DNA of 64,000 nt from the NCBI RefSeq assembly GCF_033447105.1, contig NZ_JAWQUN010000002.1, positions 416,856 through 480,855 of the forward strand. The letters run 5' to 3'. How positions within the stretch are numbered: position 1 is the stretch's first letter; each line of letters opens with the position of its first letter. The stretch is from Formosa sp. PL04. GTDB lineage: Bacteria; Bacteroidota; Bacteroidia; Flavobacteriales; Flavobacteriaceae. Shown piece by piece: positions 10,422-21,139 of the stretch. The notes under the pieces were generated by a model. It made no database searches and was not told the origin of the DNA. It was given only the letters and a program-made list of their open reading frames with translations. A program made the translations under genes and the position numbers.

Positions 10422-10805
10422 ATGAAAAAATTTATTCTATTAATCGTTATTACCACCTTTTTCGCCTGTGACTCTTCAGACGACAGTCAAGAACAGGTAT
10501 TTAACCCACCAAACTGGATTCAAGGTACTTGGGACGCAGATAATGCCGACGAAGCGAATGTAAAGTTCACAACAGATAACTTCTGTACAATTATTCTAAA
10601 TGTAGAAGCTTGTCTTGCCTCTGCAATTGAAGGATCTTATGGGACAATCAGGATCGAAAATGAAGTCGTTACAGATACTGATTACAAATTTACAATTAAC
10701 AGAACAACTGGAAGCACTAATTTTCATTACAGAAAAAAAACAGACAGTACAATGGTATTTGTGCTTTTAAGCAATATTGAAACTGTAGTTTTCAATAAAA
10801 AATAA
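10422..10805 (+). CDS. Hypothetical lipoprotein (paralog B)
   Basis: The ATG at 10422 gives MKKFILLIVITTFFACDSSDD. The listed ORF begins at an upstream TTG (10404). About 35% identical to paralog A. Confidence 0.6.
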   Translation: MKKFILLIVITTFFACDSSDDSQEQVFNPPNWIQGTWDADNADEANVKFTTDNFCTIILNVEACLASAIEGSYGTIRIENEVVTDTDYKFTINRTTGSTNFHYRKKTDSTMVFVLLSNIETVVFNKK

Positions 10806-10872
10806 TTGTATATTAATGAATACAAAAATGACCACCCTTTAAAACAAATATTCTATAAAAAAGTATTCACTG

Positions 10873-12144
10873 ATGAAAAAGTCTTTATTAATTTACCTCA
10901 TTAGACTTCGTGAGCAGTTATGGTTTAGACCGCTAATTTTTTGTTTTATTTCGATTATTGGCGCTCTTTTGGCACATCTTGCAGATGGCACGGGGTTAAA
11001 AGAATTTGTTCCAAACATAAAAACCGAGTCTGTTACTGGTTTATTAACCACTATTTCGTCTAGTATGTTAGTCATTGCTATTTTTGCGGTGTCTTCTATG
11101 ATATCGGCATTTAGTGCCGCGAGCAGTACGGCTACGCCAAGATCTTTTAAAATTGTGGTAACAGATGATGCGTCTAAGAATGCATTATCCATGTTTATTG
11201 GTGCATTTATTTTTAGTATTGTAGCCACAATTGCCTTACAAAATGGGTATTACGCCGTTGCAGGCAGATTTGTACTTTTTGTTTTAACCTTGTTATTTTT
11301 CACTTTAGTAATTCTAACTTTTTTACGCTGGGTAGATAGAATTTCGAGATTAGGACGATTAGAACACACTATACGTCAAGTTGAAAATGTAGCTCATAAA
11401 TCTTTAGAAAAATATATTAAATATCCGCTTTTAAAAGGTATTCCCATTTCTAATACAATTAATAAAGACGTCTTTATTTCTCCCACCAAAATTGGTTATA
11501 TCCAATATATCGATATGCAATCTTTACAAGAACTTGCCGAAGAGTCACACATTACTATACAATTAAATGCGTTAGCAGGAAAGTATGTATATTCCGGATT
11601 TCCGTTGGTTTATTTGTCCACACTACAAGGTTTAGACACAAAAAAGATATCAGAAAAAATTAATGATGCCATTCATATTGGTAGCAACCGCCTTTTTGAT
11701 GAAGACCCCCGTTTTGGATTAATTGCATTATCAGAAATTGCGAGTCGTGCACTATCTCCTGGGATAAACGATCCTGGAACTGCTATCCAAATTATAGGAA
11801 GTCAAGTGCGCTTATTTTTCTTATGGAATAACCAGGAGACTAACGAAGAAGACAATTCAAAATGTTATGACCGTATTGAAGTACCAGAATTACGCATTTC
11901 ACAATTCTTTGAAAGTGCATTTAGACCCATTTCTAGAGACGGTGCTAACAATATCGAAGTTATGCTTCGGTTGCAAAAAGCATACTCATCTTTAGCAACC
12001 CTAAGTCATTCTGAAATACAAAGTGAATCAAAATTAAATTCTGAAACGGCTTTTAATCGCGCAAAACAAAAGCTTTCATTTGAAGATGATCTTGAGCTCC
12101 TAAAGCAAAAATCTCTATTTTATAAAATCAGTAAAGACCAATAA
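10873..12144 (+). CDS. Membrane protein, DUF2254-like (N-terminal TM helices plus a soluble C-terminal domain)
   Basis: N-terminus LIYLIRLREQLWFRPLIFCF followed by several hydrophobic helices. The family assignment is from memory only. Confidence 0.4.
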   Translation: MKKSLLIYLIRLREQLWFRPLIFCFISIIGALLAHLADGTGLKEFVPNIKTESVTGLLTTISSSMLVIAIFAVSSMISAFSAASSTATPRSFKIVVTDDASKNALSMFIGAFIFSIVATIALQNGYYAVAGRFVLFVLTLLFFTLVILTFLRWVDRISRLGRLEHTIRQVENVAHKSLEKYIKYPLLKGIPISNTINKDVFISPTKIGYIQYIDMQSLQELAEESHITIQLNALAGKYVYSGFPLVYLSTLQGLDTKKISEKINDAIHIGSNRLFDEDPRFGLIALSEIASRALSPGINDPGTAIQIIGSQVRLFFLWNNQETNEEDNSKCYDRIEVPELRISQFFESAFRPISRDGANNIEVMLRLQKAYSSLATLSHSEIQSESKLNSETAFNRAKQKLSFEDDLELLKQKSLFYKISKDQ

Positions 12145-12215
12145 TGATAAAAAATAAAAAGAGAAAAAGTCTTGCCTTATTTTTCGATTATATTTGCGTC
12201 TTCCTTAGGTAAAAC

Positions 12216-13331
12216 TTGAAACACAGCTTAGTTATGTTTAGAGATAGTGGTCTACATAAATTTATTCGAAAACATCAAAAATATGCGCCAATTTTATTCT
12301 TTATTGGTGGGTTTATATTCGATACGCTTACACTTGGTCGCATAGACAGAGTTTATGATTTAACCATACTTTGCTTACATATGACATCATTAAGCATCAC
12401 ATTATATTTATATAATTTAGCTGATGACGGCAAATGGAAAAACACGTTTCTAGAACGCTTTGAAGACTACTTTCCACTGGCCATTCAGTTCTTTTTCGGA
12501 GGACTTTCTAGCGCTTATGTGGTGTACTTTTCTAGAAGTGTGTCCTTATCTAAAACCGCATCATTTTTCATTATATTAGTCACTTTACTATTCGCTAACG
12601 AATTCCTTAAAAAACGAATTTCAAATAAATATTTACAGTTTAGTATTTATTATTTTATAAGTTTTACCTTTTTCACATTCATGATTCCTGTATTTATTAG
12701 AGACATGAATCCCACAATTTTTCTAATTTCCGGAGCGGTAAGTTTAGCATGTACCTTAACATTAATTACTATTATTTATATTAAAAGTCCGAGTACACGT
12801 GCAGAAATTCATTTAGGAAAATTAACAAGTATTATCCTTTCTATTTACCTTACAATTAATGTGTTTTATTATTTTAAACTCATCCCCCCAGTGCCTTTGG
12901 CCTTACAAACAGGTATCGTAGCTTATGATATTAAAGTAGATAATAATAAATATATAGTGACTTACGAACAAAAAAGAGAGTTTATATTTTGGAGAGATTA
13001 TCACTCAGTATTTATCAGGAACGCCAACGAACCAGTCTATATTTTCTCTTCAATCTTTGCCCCTACGGAATTAAAAAAATCGGTTATTCACAGATGGGAA
13101 TGGTATAATACTACTTTAGACGAATGGATGATTGCCGACAATATTAGCTTTAATATTACAGGAGGACGCAATGATGGCTACCGTGGATATAGTTATAAAA
13201 ATAACGTGAAAGCTGGGCTTTGGAGAGTTGAAGTTTTAACAGAAGAAGAATTAGTTTTAGGTGTAATCGACTTTGAAATCATAGAAGATCCTTCAAAAAA
13301 ACCGAAACAATTGGTTGAAAAAGAGTTTTAA
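12216..13331 (+). CDS. Hypothetical polytopic membrane protein with a C-terminal soluble domain
   Basis: About 6 predicted TM segments followed by a ~140-aa hydrophilic tail. Confidence 0.45.
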   Translation: MKHSLVMFRDSGLHKFIRKHQKYAPILFFIGGFIFDTLTLGRIDRVYDLTILCLHMTSLSITLYLYNLADDGKWKNTFLERFEDYFPLAIQFFFGGLSSAYVVYFSRSVSLSKTASFFIILVTLLFANEFLKKRISNKYLQFSIYYFISFTFFTFMIPVFIRDMNPTIFLISGAVSLACTLTLITIIYIKSPSTRAEIHLGKLTSIILSIYLTINVFYYFKLIPPVPLALQTGIVAYDIKVDNNKYIVTYEQKREFIFWRDYHSVFIRNANEPVYIFSSIFAPTELKKSVIHRWEWYNTTLDEWMIADNISFNITGGRNDGYRGYSYKNNVKAGLWRVEVLTEEELVLGVIDFEIIEDPSKKPKQLVEKEF

Positions 13332-14166
13332 AAATCAGTCAAAGTATACTTAGTGAAACTATTATTTTTTCTAAATTTTTCTTTTTCCTATTTATTACAA
13401 TTCAAATAAACCCTAACGCCAATATCCTTAAACTACTTAAAAACAAAAGCCAACGCAGTTGTTTTTCAAATAATAGTACATTAAAAACTACTCCTGCATG
13501 TGTTTTATTTGCATTTTAGGATCTGTTCTAAATCCTTGATAAAAAGTAACGATTTAAACATCTAGAAAAGATACTATTACGGGTTCCTTTTTAAAAACAA
13601 AATTATGGCGTTTTAGTGTTATTCCTTTATCGTTAAGATGCATTTCCTATAATGATAATCTTGAAACAAAAATAAGAACAAAAACACCAATTCCAGATAT
13701 CATTAATTTTAAGCCAACATCTTTCTTTAGCCCAAATCGATCCCATAAAACAAGCTAAAAATAACAGCAGCAACGAGCACCAATAAAATAATTAAATCGG
13801 ACATTTTTTATTTTACAGAGTAGTCTTTTTGGTTACTCAATTTAGGCATACAATCAATTTAAAATAATCAGTATTAAATAATCCTTAGTACCTAATTACT
13901 TATTTATTCCAATATCAAGATAAAGGTGTTTAAATTGTTAAACAATCATCTAATTATATAGCATCACACTTAATAAAAAAACGTATTTTTAACAAAAACA
14001 CCTAACTATTACACACTACACTTTCTTTAAATTATTTATTGTTTTAAAAAAACACATAAAAATTATTGAAACAACATTTTAAAATACAAAAAAAAATACA
14101 ATTTACAATCTTTAGCTTTTTTTTCACCGTTCACTTATTTATCGTGTAAAAATCACCTAAATTGTA

Positions 14167-17100
14167 ATGTCTTTAACTGGATTATTTATGGCTTTAAAAA
14201 TAGTAATTACTCACAAAACGAAATACAAGTACGACAGATTAGTATCGTTATCTCCCCACATTTTTAGATTACGTCCTGCACCTCATAGTCGAACTCCAAT
14301 AGAAGCATATTCTATTAAAATCACACCAGAAGAACAATTTTTTAATTGGCAACAGGACCCTTTTGGGAATTATATGGCACGATTAATTTTCCCGGAAAAA
14401 ACGAGAGAATTAACTGTAGAAGTAGAAATTATTGCTGATTTAAAAACCATAAATCCATTTGATTTCTTTGTTGAAGAAAGTGCTGAAGAATTCCCGTTTA
14501 CGTACACAGACACCATAAGAAAAGAGCTTCTACCCTATTTAGAAATTACAGAAAGAGGTCCGCTTTTACTAGATTTCATTCAGACTATTGATATGACTCC
14601 TAGAAAGACCATTTATTTTCTAATTGACATCAATCAGAAAGTTTATGAATATTTAAAATATAACATCCGGATGGATCCGGGTGTACAATCTTGCGAAGAA
14701 ACACTAGATCACAGAACGGGATCTTGTCGTGATTACGCTTGGCTATTTGTACAGGCTTTACGTCATTTAGGATTTGGAGCACGATTTGTTTCAGGATATA
14801 TTGTTCAATTAAAATCTGATGAAAAATCGTTAGATGGTCCTTCTGGCCCTGAAGAAGATTTTACAGATTTACACGCTTGGGCCGAAGTTTATCTTCCTGG
14901 TGCTGGTTGGATTGGTTTCGATGCTACCTCTGGTTTATTGTGTGGTGAAGGGCATATCCCTCTAGCTTGTACGCCTTCTTTTGAAAGTGCAGCTCCAGTA
15001 AGCGGAATGACAGATATTTGTGAAACCACATTTGAATTTGAAAATTCTGTTAAACGTATTTTTGAATCTCCACGTGTAACCAAACCCTATACAGAAGAGC
15101 AATGGAATGCCATATACAAACTTGGTTTTAAAGTTGAAAAAGAATTAGAAAAAGGCGATGTAAGATTAACCATGGGTGGTGAACCTACATTTGTATCTAT
15201 AGACGATATGGAAGGTGAAGAATGGAACACAGCTGCCGATGGTCCTCACAAACGTGAACTTGCAAAAAATTTAGCCGCAAAATTATACGACGAATACGAT
15301 AACGGTAGTGTATTACATCAAGCGCAAGGAAAATGGTATCCAGGAGAACCGTTACCACGCTGGCAAATAGAACTATGTTGGAGAAAAGACGGTAAGAAAA
15401 TATGGCATAATAAGAAATTATTAGCTCTATTTTCAAACAATCCAGTCCTTCCTGAAAATGCTTCAGAATTATTCTTAAAAACGTTAAGCCGGAAATTAGA
15501 CATCACCGACGAATATATCATTCCTGCATACGAAGATGCGTTTTACTTTATGTGGGAAGAAGGAAAATTACCTGTAGATGTAGATCCTACAGTAGATGAC
15601 GGTGCTTTATTAGTTAAAGACAAATTAAAACAAATCCTAAAAGACGGAAAATCTAAAGCCATCGGACATGTGTTACCATTAAATAACACATCAGACACAT
15701 GGCACTCTAACACTTGGAGTTTTAGACGTAATCATTTATTCTTAATTCCAGGAAATTCTCCTATCGGTCTAAGATTACCTTTAGACTCTTTACTTAGAGA
15801 CCCTGAGTTTGGTGATTTCCCGAAGCAAGAACCTGATAATTTTACAAAAAAGAAAAAATTACCGAGTTATAAAAATATTGTTTTAAGACGTTCAAAAAAC
15901 GTTAATGAACATGGCATTTCCGAAGACACAAATAACTATTTTATACGTACAGGTTTATGTGCCGAAGTTAGAGATGGAAAAATGCATTTATTTTTCCCTC
16001 CTTTAGATACTGCAGAAATCTTTTTGGATTTAGTATCTTCTATAGAAGCAACAGCAAAAGAACTTAAGATACCCGTTGTTTTAGAAGGTTACGATGCACC
16101 ACATGACACCCGTTTGGAATCGATGAAAATTACTCCAGACCCAGGTGTAATTGAAGTAAACGTGCAGCCGGCAAAAAACTGGAAAGAACTTACAGACAAC
16201 ACCTTAACCCTATACAGACTAGCTAAAGAGTCGCGTTTGGGTACAGAAAAATTCATGTTAGATGGAAAACACACCGGAACTGGTGGTGGAAACCATGTTA
16301 CTTTGGGAGGTATTACACCTAAAGACAGTCCGTTGTTACGTAAACCAAGTTTATTACGAAGTTTGCTAACCTTTTGGCAACATCATCCAGGACTTTCATA
16401 CTTGTTTTCTGGAGCATTTATTGGAGCCACAAGTCAGGCGCCACGTATAGATGAAGCGCGTATGGAAAACCTATACGAACTTGAAATTGCGTTCAGTCAA
16501 ATTCCGAAAAGTGGAAAAGTGCCCTTTTGGTTAACAGACAGATTATTCCGTCACTTATTAACCGATTTAACAGGAAACACGCACCGTGCAGAATTCTGTA
16601 TCGATAAGTTATACTCACCAGATTCATCTACTGGACGATTAGGTATTTTAGAGCTACGTGCTTTTGATATGCCTCCGCATCCACAAATGAGTTTAATGCA
16701 AAACTTGTTAGTACGAACACTTGTTGCTTGGTTCTGGAAGAAACCTTACGAGCACGATTTAGTACGTTGGGGAACAGAATTACACGATAAATTCTTAACA
16801 GAACATTACGTTAGAGAAGATATAAAAGACATTGTTACGCAACTTAACAAGGCTGGATATAAATTTAAAGAAGACTGGTTTAATCCGTTCTTCGAATTTA
16901 GATTTCCGCTTCATGGAATGGTTGAAATAAATAATATTAATTTAGAATTACGTGCTGCTATCGAACCTTGGAATGTATTAGGTGAAGAAATGACTGGTGG
17001 TGGAACTGCTAGATATGTAGATTCTTCTGTAGAGCGTATTCAAGTTAAAGTAACACATTTTACTGAAGAACGTTATGTTTTAACCTGTAATGGTGTGAAA

Positions 17101-17520
17101 ATTAACTTAAATAATACAGGTGTAAAAGGCGAATTTGTTGCCAGTATTAGATATAAAGCATGGAATCCGCATTCTTCTTTACATCCAACAATTGACGTAG
17201 ATACCCCTTTGGTTTTCGATATTATTGACACTTGGAATAGACGTGCCATTGGAGGTTGTACATATTTTGTTGCACATCCAGGAGGACGATCTTACGAAAC
17301 CTATCCAATAAACAGTTATGAGGCTGAGTCTAGGCGAATTAACCGTTTCTGGGATATAGGACATACTCAAGGTGAAATTTTTGAAGTGGAAAAAATTGAA
17401 CAAGACGACAATAATTCAAGTAGAAATGTCGAAATTCACGGCAGTTCTAGAAAATATAAATATCAAGAACAACCTATTAATTTCGAATTTCCTTATACTT
17501 TAGATTTAAGAAAAAAATAA
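14167..17520 (+). CDS. Transglutaminase-like cysteine-protease-fold protein (Bact_transglu_N + transglutaminase core + DUF2126-type extension), 1117 aa
   Basis: N-terminal IVITHKTKYKYDRLVSLSPHIFRLRPA. Candidate Cys-His-Asp triad in GSCRDYAWLF, DLHAWAEVYLPGAGW and GFDATSG. Confidence 0.75.
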   Translation: MSLTGLFMALKIVITHKTKYKYDRLVSLSPHIFRLRPAPHSRTPIEAYSIKITPEEQFFNWQQDPFGNYMARLIFPEKTRELTVEVEIIADLKTINPFDFFVEESAEEFPFTYTDTIRKELLPYLEITERGPLLLDFIQTIDMTPRKTIYFLIDINQKVYEYLKYNIRMDPGVQSCEETLDHRTGSCRDYAWLFVQALRHLGFGARFVSGYIVQLKSDEKSLDGPSGPEEDFTDLHAWAEVYLPGAGWIGFDATSGLLCGEGHIPLACTPSFESAAPVSGMTDICETTFEFENSVKRIFESPRVTKPYTEEQWNAIYKLGFKVEKELEKGDVRLTMGGEPTFVSIDDMEGEEWNTAADGPHKRELAKNLAAKLYDEYDNGSVLHQAQGKWYPGEPLPRWQIELCWRKDGKKIWHNKKLLALFSNNPVLPENASELFLKTLSRKLDITDEYIIPAYEDAFYFMWEEGKLPVDVDPTVDDGALLVKDKLKQILKDGKSKAIGHVLPLNNTSDTWHSNTWSFRRNHLFLIPGNSPIGLRLPLDSLLRDPEFGDFPKQEPDNFTKKKKLPSYKNIVLRRSKNVNEHGISEDTNNYFIRTGLCAEVRDGKMHLFFPPLDTAEIFLDLVSSIEATAKELKIPVVLEGYDAPHDTRLESMKITPDPGVIEVNVQPAKNWKELTDNTLTLYRLAKESRLGTEKFMLDGKHTGTGGGNHVTLGGITPKDSPLLRKPSLLRSLLTFWQHHPGLSYLFSGAFIGATSQAPRIDEARMENLYELEIAFSQIPKSGKVPFWLTDRLFRHLLTDLTGNTHRAEFCIDKLYSPDSSTGRLGILELRAFDMPPHPQMSLMQNLLVRTLVAWFWKKPYEHDLVRWGTELHDKFLTEHYVREDIKDIVTQLNKAGYKFKEDWFNPFFEFRFPLHGMVEINNINLELRAAIEPWNVLGEEMTGGGTARYVDSSVERIQVKVTHFTEERYVLTCNGVKINLNNTGVKGEFVASIRYKAWNPHSSLHPTIDVDTPLVFDIIDTWNRRAIGGCTYFVAHPGGRSYETYPINSYEAESRRINRFWDIGHTQGEIFEVEKIEQDDNNSSRNVEIHGSSRKYKYQEQPINFEFPYTLDLRKK

Positions 17521-17527
17521 ACGATTA

Positions 17528-20089
17528 ATGCCGATTGATAAAAACACCTTGTTTGAAAACTATTTTTCAAACTCAAAGAATTACGACGAAGTTCTTAAAT
17601 CAAATATGTCTATTAATCCCAATTGGGAAAAATTATTGAGTAATCTTACTCAAGCAGGCACTAAAACCATGATCTCAAAACAAGATGAGATGGATTGGTT
17701 AATGGACGAAAACGGTGTAACCTATAATGTTTATAACGACCCTAAAGGGATGCACCGTTCTTGGAAATTAAATATAGTGCCCTTTCTTATTCATCAAAAA
17801 GAATGGGCTACTATAGAAAAAGGTATACAACAGCGTTCGGAATTATTAAACCTGACGTTAAAGGATATTTATGGCAAGCGTGAACTTATTAAAAACGGCA
17901 TTTTACCGCAAGAAGTAATATATGCGCATCGCGGTTTTTTAAGACAATGCGATCAAATTAAGTATTCGACAGCCAAAAATTTATTAATTCATACTGTAGA
18001 TTTAGCACGCGGTCCAGATGGCCAAATGTGGGTGGTTAACGATAGAACTCAAGCACCTTCGGGTATGGGTTATGCGTTAGAAAACCGTTATGCAACAAGC
18101 CGTATTTTACCAGATATCTTTAAAGATATTAATGTAAAACCGCCATCGTCGTTTTTTGCAGATTTTAATAAAATGCTAATAGACGCGGCACCTCAAAACA
18201 AAGAGAATCCAACTATTGTTATCCTTACTCCTGGCCCATTAAATGAAACCTATTTCGAGCATGCTTACATGTCTTCATTTTTAGGTTACCCTTTAGTTGC
18301 TGGAAATGACTTAGTCGTTAGAAGTGGAAAAGTTTGGATGAAGTCTTTAAAAGAACTTAAACAAGTCGATGTTATTTTAAGACGTGTAGACGATGTTTTT
18401 ATGGATCCATTAGAGCTTCGTGAAGATTCTTATTTGGGAGTCGCAGGCCTTCTTGATGCTGTAAGAGAACAACAAGTAACTATTATTAATCCTATAGGAA
18501 GCGGAATTTTAGAAAACTCCGGACTTATCCCATTTTTGAATGCCATTTGTAAATACTTTTTTAAAGAAGATTTAATTCTTCCGCAAATAGGTTCATGGTG
18601 GTGTGGACAGAAAAAAGAACGTGATTATGTTCTAGAAAACTTAAAGAATTTAGTTCTAAAACGTATCGATAGATCTAACAGAGAAAGCATCTTTTTCTGT
18701 GAATTTTTAAAACCAAGTCAATTAGAAAGTTTAAAAAAAGACATTCTTTCGAATCCGTATGTTTTTGTAGCTCAAGAGAAAATATTATTTTCTACAGCTC
18801 CTGATTTTGTAAAAGACAAACTAGAACCACGCAAAGTGATGTGCAGAACATTCTCGATTGCAAAAGAAGATGGCTATTCTGTAATGCCTGGTGGTTTAGT
18901 TCGGGTTGCTTCAGAGCGCGAAGAATTATTTGTATCAAATCAACGTGGTGGTGTAAGTAAAGATTTTTGGATTATTACAGACGAGCCTCAGACTAATATT
19001 CAAAATTATTCTTGGGACAGTACTTTTAAAATTTCACAGTCAGGAATTAACGATTTACCTAGTAATACCGCTGAAAATTTATATTGGTCTGGACGTTATT
19101 TAGGAAGAGCTTTAGTTACCGCACGCTATTTACGGACAGTGCTAACCAAAATGAGTAACGAGCAGTACAATAAACAAAAAACGCAATCAGAAAGCTTGCT
19201 ATGTTTATTTCAATCTGTAACACATATTACCTCAACATTCCCAGGATTTACAGGTAAAGAAGGAGAAAAGGCATTAGAAAACCCGTTAAAAGAAATTCTA
19301 TCTATTATTATAGATAATAATCGTCCAGGAAGTTTTGCACAGACACTTGCTAGTTTTAATAATTCCTATTTTACATTACGAAATTTATGGTCTAAAGATA
19401 TGTGGCGTGTGTTTGATGGCATCCAGAAAATTTGGAAAACATTTGTAGACGAACCTGGAGAAAAAAGATCAATTCAGTCACTTATAAAACTATTAGATAA
19501 AATTATTACAAGACTTATTGCTTTTATGGCTCTTATTGAAGAAAGCATAATGGTTGAACAAGGTTTACTTCTATATTTTATTGGTTTACAAAGCGAACAA
19601 GCCGTCATGAATATTTCTAAATGCCGTTCACTTTTAGTTGTTAGCCACAAAAAGCAACCACAATATGAAATCTTAGAAGCTTTATTATCCAGTCATGAAA
19701 GTTTAAATATTTACAGATACAGTTACCGTTCGCATTTAAGTACGGAAAACGTTATTAATCTTATTCTATTAAATAAAGAATATCCAAAATCGTTGACGTA
19801 TCAACTTGAAAGAATTCAAAAAGATATTGATAGATTACCACACTCTGAAGACATTGGAAAAATAACAGATTGTCAGAAAGCCATATCGAAAGCAAATTCT
19901 AAAATAAGAAGTTTACAAATTAAGGACCTATTAGAATTAAGTGATGAAACAGTTATTAGACAGAATTTAGATGATGCATTAACAGAATTGAGCGACCTAT
20001 TACATGAAATGTCTCTAGCAGTATCAGACACTTATTTTAATCATGCTTACCAGCAAAAACAATTGGTTAATCAAAATTTCCCCTTTTAA
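17528..20089 (+). CDS. Fusion of a circularly permuted ATP-grasp amidoligase (DUF404/DUF407-like) and an alpha-E domain (DUF403-like), 853 aa
   Basis: Sits between two transglutaminase-like genes, the canonical context of this module. The IGSWWCGQ region is present, and the C-terminal ~300 aa are alpha-helical. Family names recalled from memory, not searched. Confidence 0.6.
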   Translation: MPIDKNTLFENYFSNSKNYDEVLKSNMSINPNWEKLLSNLTQAGTKTMISKQDEMDWLMDENGVTYNVYNDPKGMHRSWKLNIVPFLIHQKEWATIEKGIQQRSELLNLTLKDIYGKRELIKNGILPQEVIYAHRGFLRQCDQIKYSTAKNLLIHTVDLARGPDGQMWVVNDRTQAPSGMGYALENRYATSRILPDIFKDINVKPPSSFFADFNKMLIDAAPQNKENPTIVILTPGPLNETYFEHAYMSSFLGYPLVAGNDLVVRSGKVWMKSLKELKQVDVILRRVDDVFMDPLELREDSYLGVAGLLDAVREQQVTIINPIGSGILENSGLIPFLNAICKYFFKEDLILPQIGSWWCGQKKERDYVLENLKNLVLKRIDRSNRESIFFCEFLKPSQLESLKKDILSNPYVFVAQEKILFSTAPDFVKDKLEPRKVMCRTFSIAKEDGYSVMPGGLVRVASEREELFVSNQRGGVSKDFWIITDEPQTNIQNYSWDSTFKISQSGINDLPSNTAENLYWSGRYLGRALVTARYLRTVLTKMSNEQYNKQKTQSESLLCLFQSVTHITSTFPGFTGKEGEKALENPLKEILSIIIDNNRPGSFAQTLASFNNSYFTLRNLWSKDMWRVFDGIQKIWKTFVDEPGEKRSIQSLIKLLDKIITRLIAFMALIEESIMVEQGLLLYFIGLQSEQAVMNISKCRSLLVVSHKKQPQYEILEALLSSHESLNIYRYSYRSHLSTENVINLILLNKEYPKSLTYQLERIQKDIDRLPHSEDIGKITDCQKAISKANSKIRSLQIKDLLELSDETVIRQNLDDALTELSDLLHEMSLAVSDTYFNHAYQQKQLVNQNFPF

Positions 20090-20091
20090 TT

Positions 20092-20979
20092 ATGGAATTT
20101 AAAGTATCACATACAACCAGTTACGACTACGATAGTGGAGTAACCTTTTGTCATAACATTGCGACTTTAAAGCCCAGAACAATACCCGGGCAAACGATAT
20201 TAGAATATAAACTTGAAATAAGTCCAGAACCTTCAGAAATAACAGAACGTTTAGATTTTTTTGGAAATATAATTACAAGATTTTCCATTCAAGAACATCA
20301 TAAAAAGTTAAAAGTAACTGCAAAAAGTACAATATTAAGAGATTATGCATCTCAACCAGATATTGAAACTTCTAAAATGGGTAAATCTATCTCTTTAGAA
20401 GATTCTTTAAAAATTTTAAAAACGAATAAACTCGATCTCATTGATGTCAATCAATTTAAGTTAGAATCTATATTTATAACTCATATTACTAAAGAAATAA
20501 AGGAATATGCTGAAGCGTCTTTTAAAGCAGACCGTTCTGTTTTTGAAGCGTCTTACGAGTTAATGCAACGTATTTTTACTGAATTTGAATTCGATTCCGA
20601 ATTTAGTACTATTGCGACTCCTATTCAAGAAGTTATGAAAGAGAAAAAGGGTGTGTGTCAGGATTTTGCTCAAATAGCAATTGCATGTGTACGCTCTATA
20701 GGATTACCAGCCCGTTATGTTAGTGGTTATATTGAAACATTACCACCACCCGGGAAAGAAAAATTAGTTGGAACTGATGCGTCTCATGCTTGGTTTTCTG
20801 TTTATATTCCTACTTTTGGTTGGGTAGATTTTGACCCTACAAACAATCATATCCCTAAGAACCAACACATCACTGTATCTTGGGGTAGAGATTATTACGA
20901 TGTACCACCTTTAAAAGGTGTTGTATTTAGTGCAGGAAAAACTAAAATGAAAGTAGCGGTAGATATAAGACCTGCTTAG
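20092..20979 (+). CDS. Transglutaminase-like protein with a Bact_transglu_N domain (295 aa)
   Basis: MEFKVSHTTSYDYDSGVTFCHNIATLKPR. Candidate Cys/His/Asp residues in GVCQDFAQIA, DASHAWFSVYIP and GWVDFDPTN. Confidence 0.75.
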   Translation: MEFKVSHTTSYDYDSGVTFCHNIATLKPRTIPGQTILEYKLEISPEPSEITERLDFFGNIITRFSIQEHHKKLKVTAKSTILRDYASQPDIETSKMGKSISLEDSLKILKTNKLDLIDVNQFKLESIFITHITKEIKEYAEASFKADRSVFEASYELMQRIFTEFEFDSEFSTIATPIQEVMKEKKGVCQDFAQIAIACVRSIGLPARYVSGYIETLPPPGKEKLVGTDASHAWFSVYIPTFGWVDFDPTNNHIPKNQHITVSWGRDYYDVPPLKGVVFSAGKTKMKVAVDIRPA

Positions 20980-21139
20980 GTTTTATACTGTTCAAATAAC
21001 ATACAATATTCTAAAAAGACATACTTTTCTCTGAATTAGTATCTCTATAAACAAAAACTGAATTACAAAACATAATGTTCGTAATTCAGTTTTTTAGGTA
21101 ATATTGAGAAAAAATAAGTAGGCAAGATTTTAATCGAAA

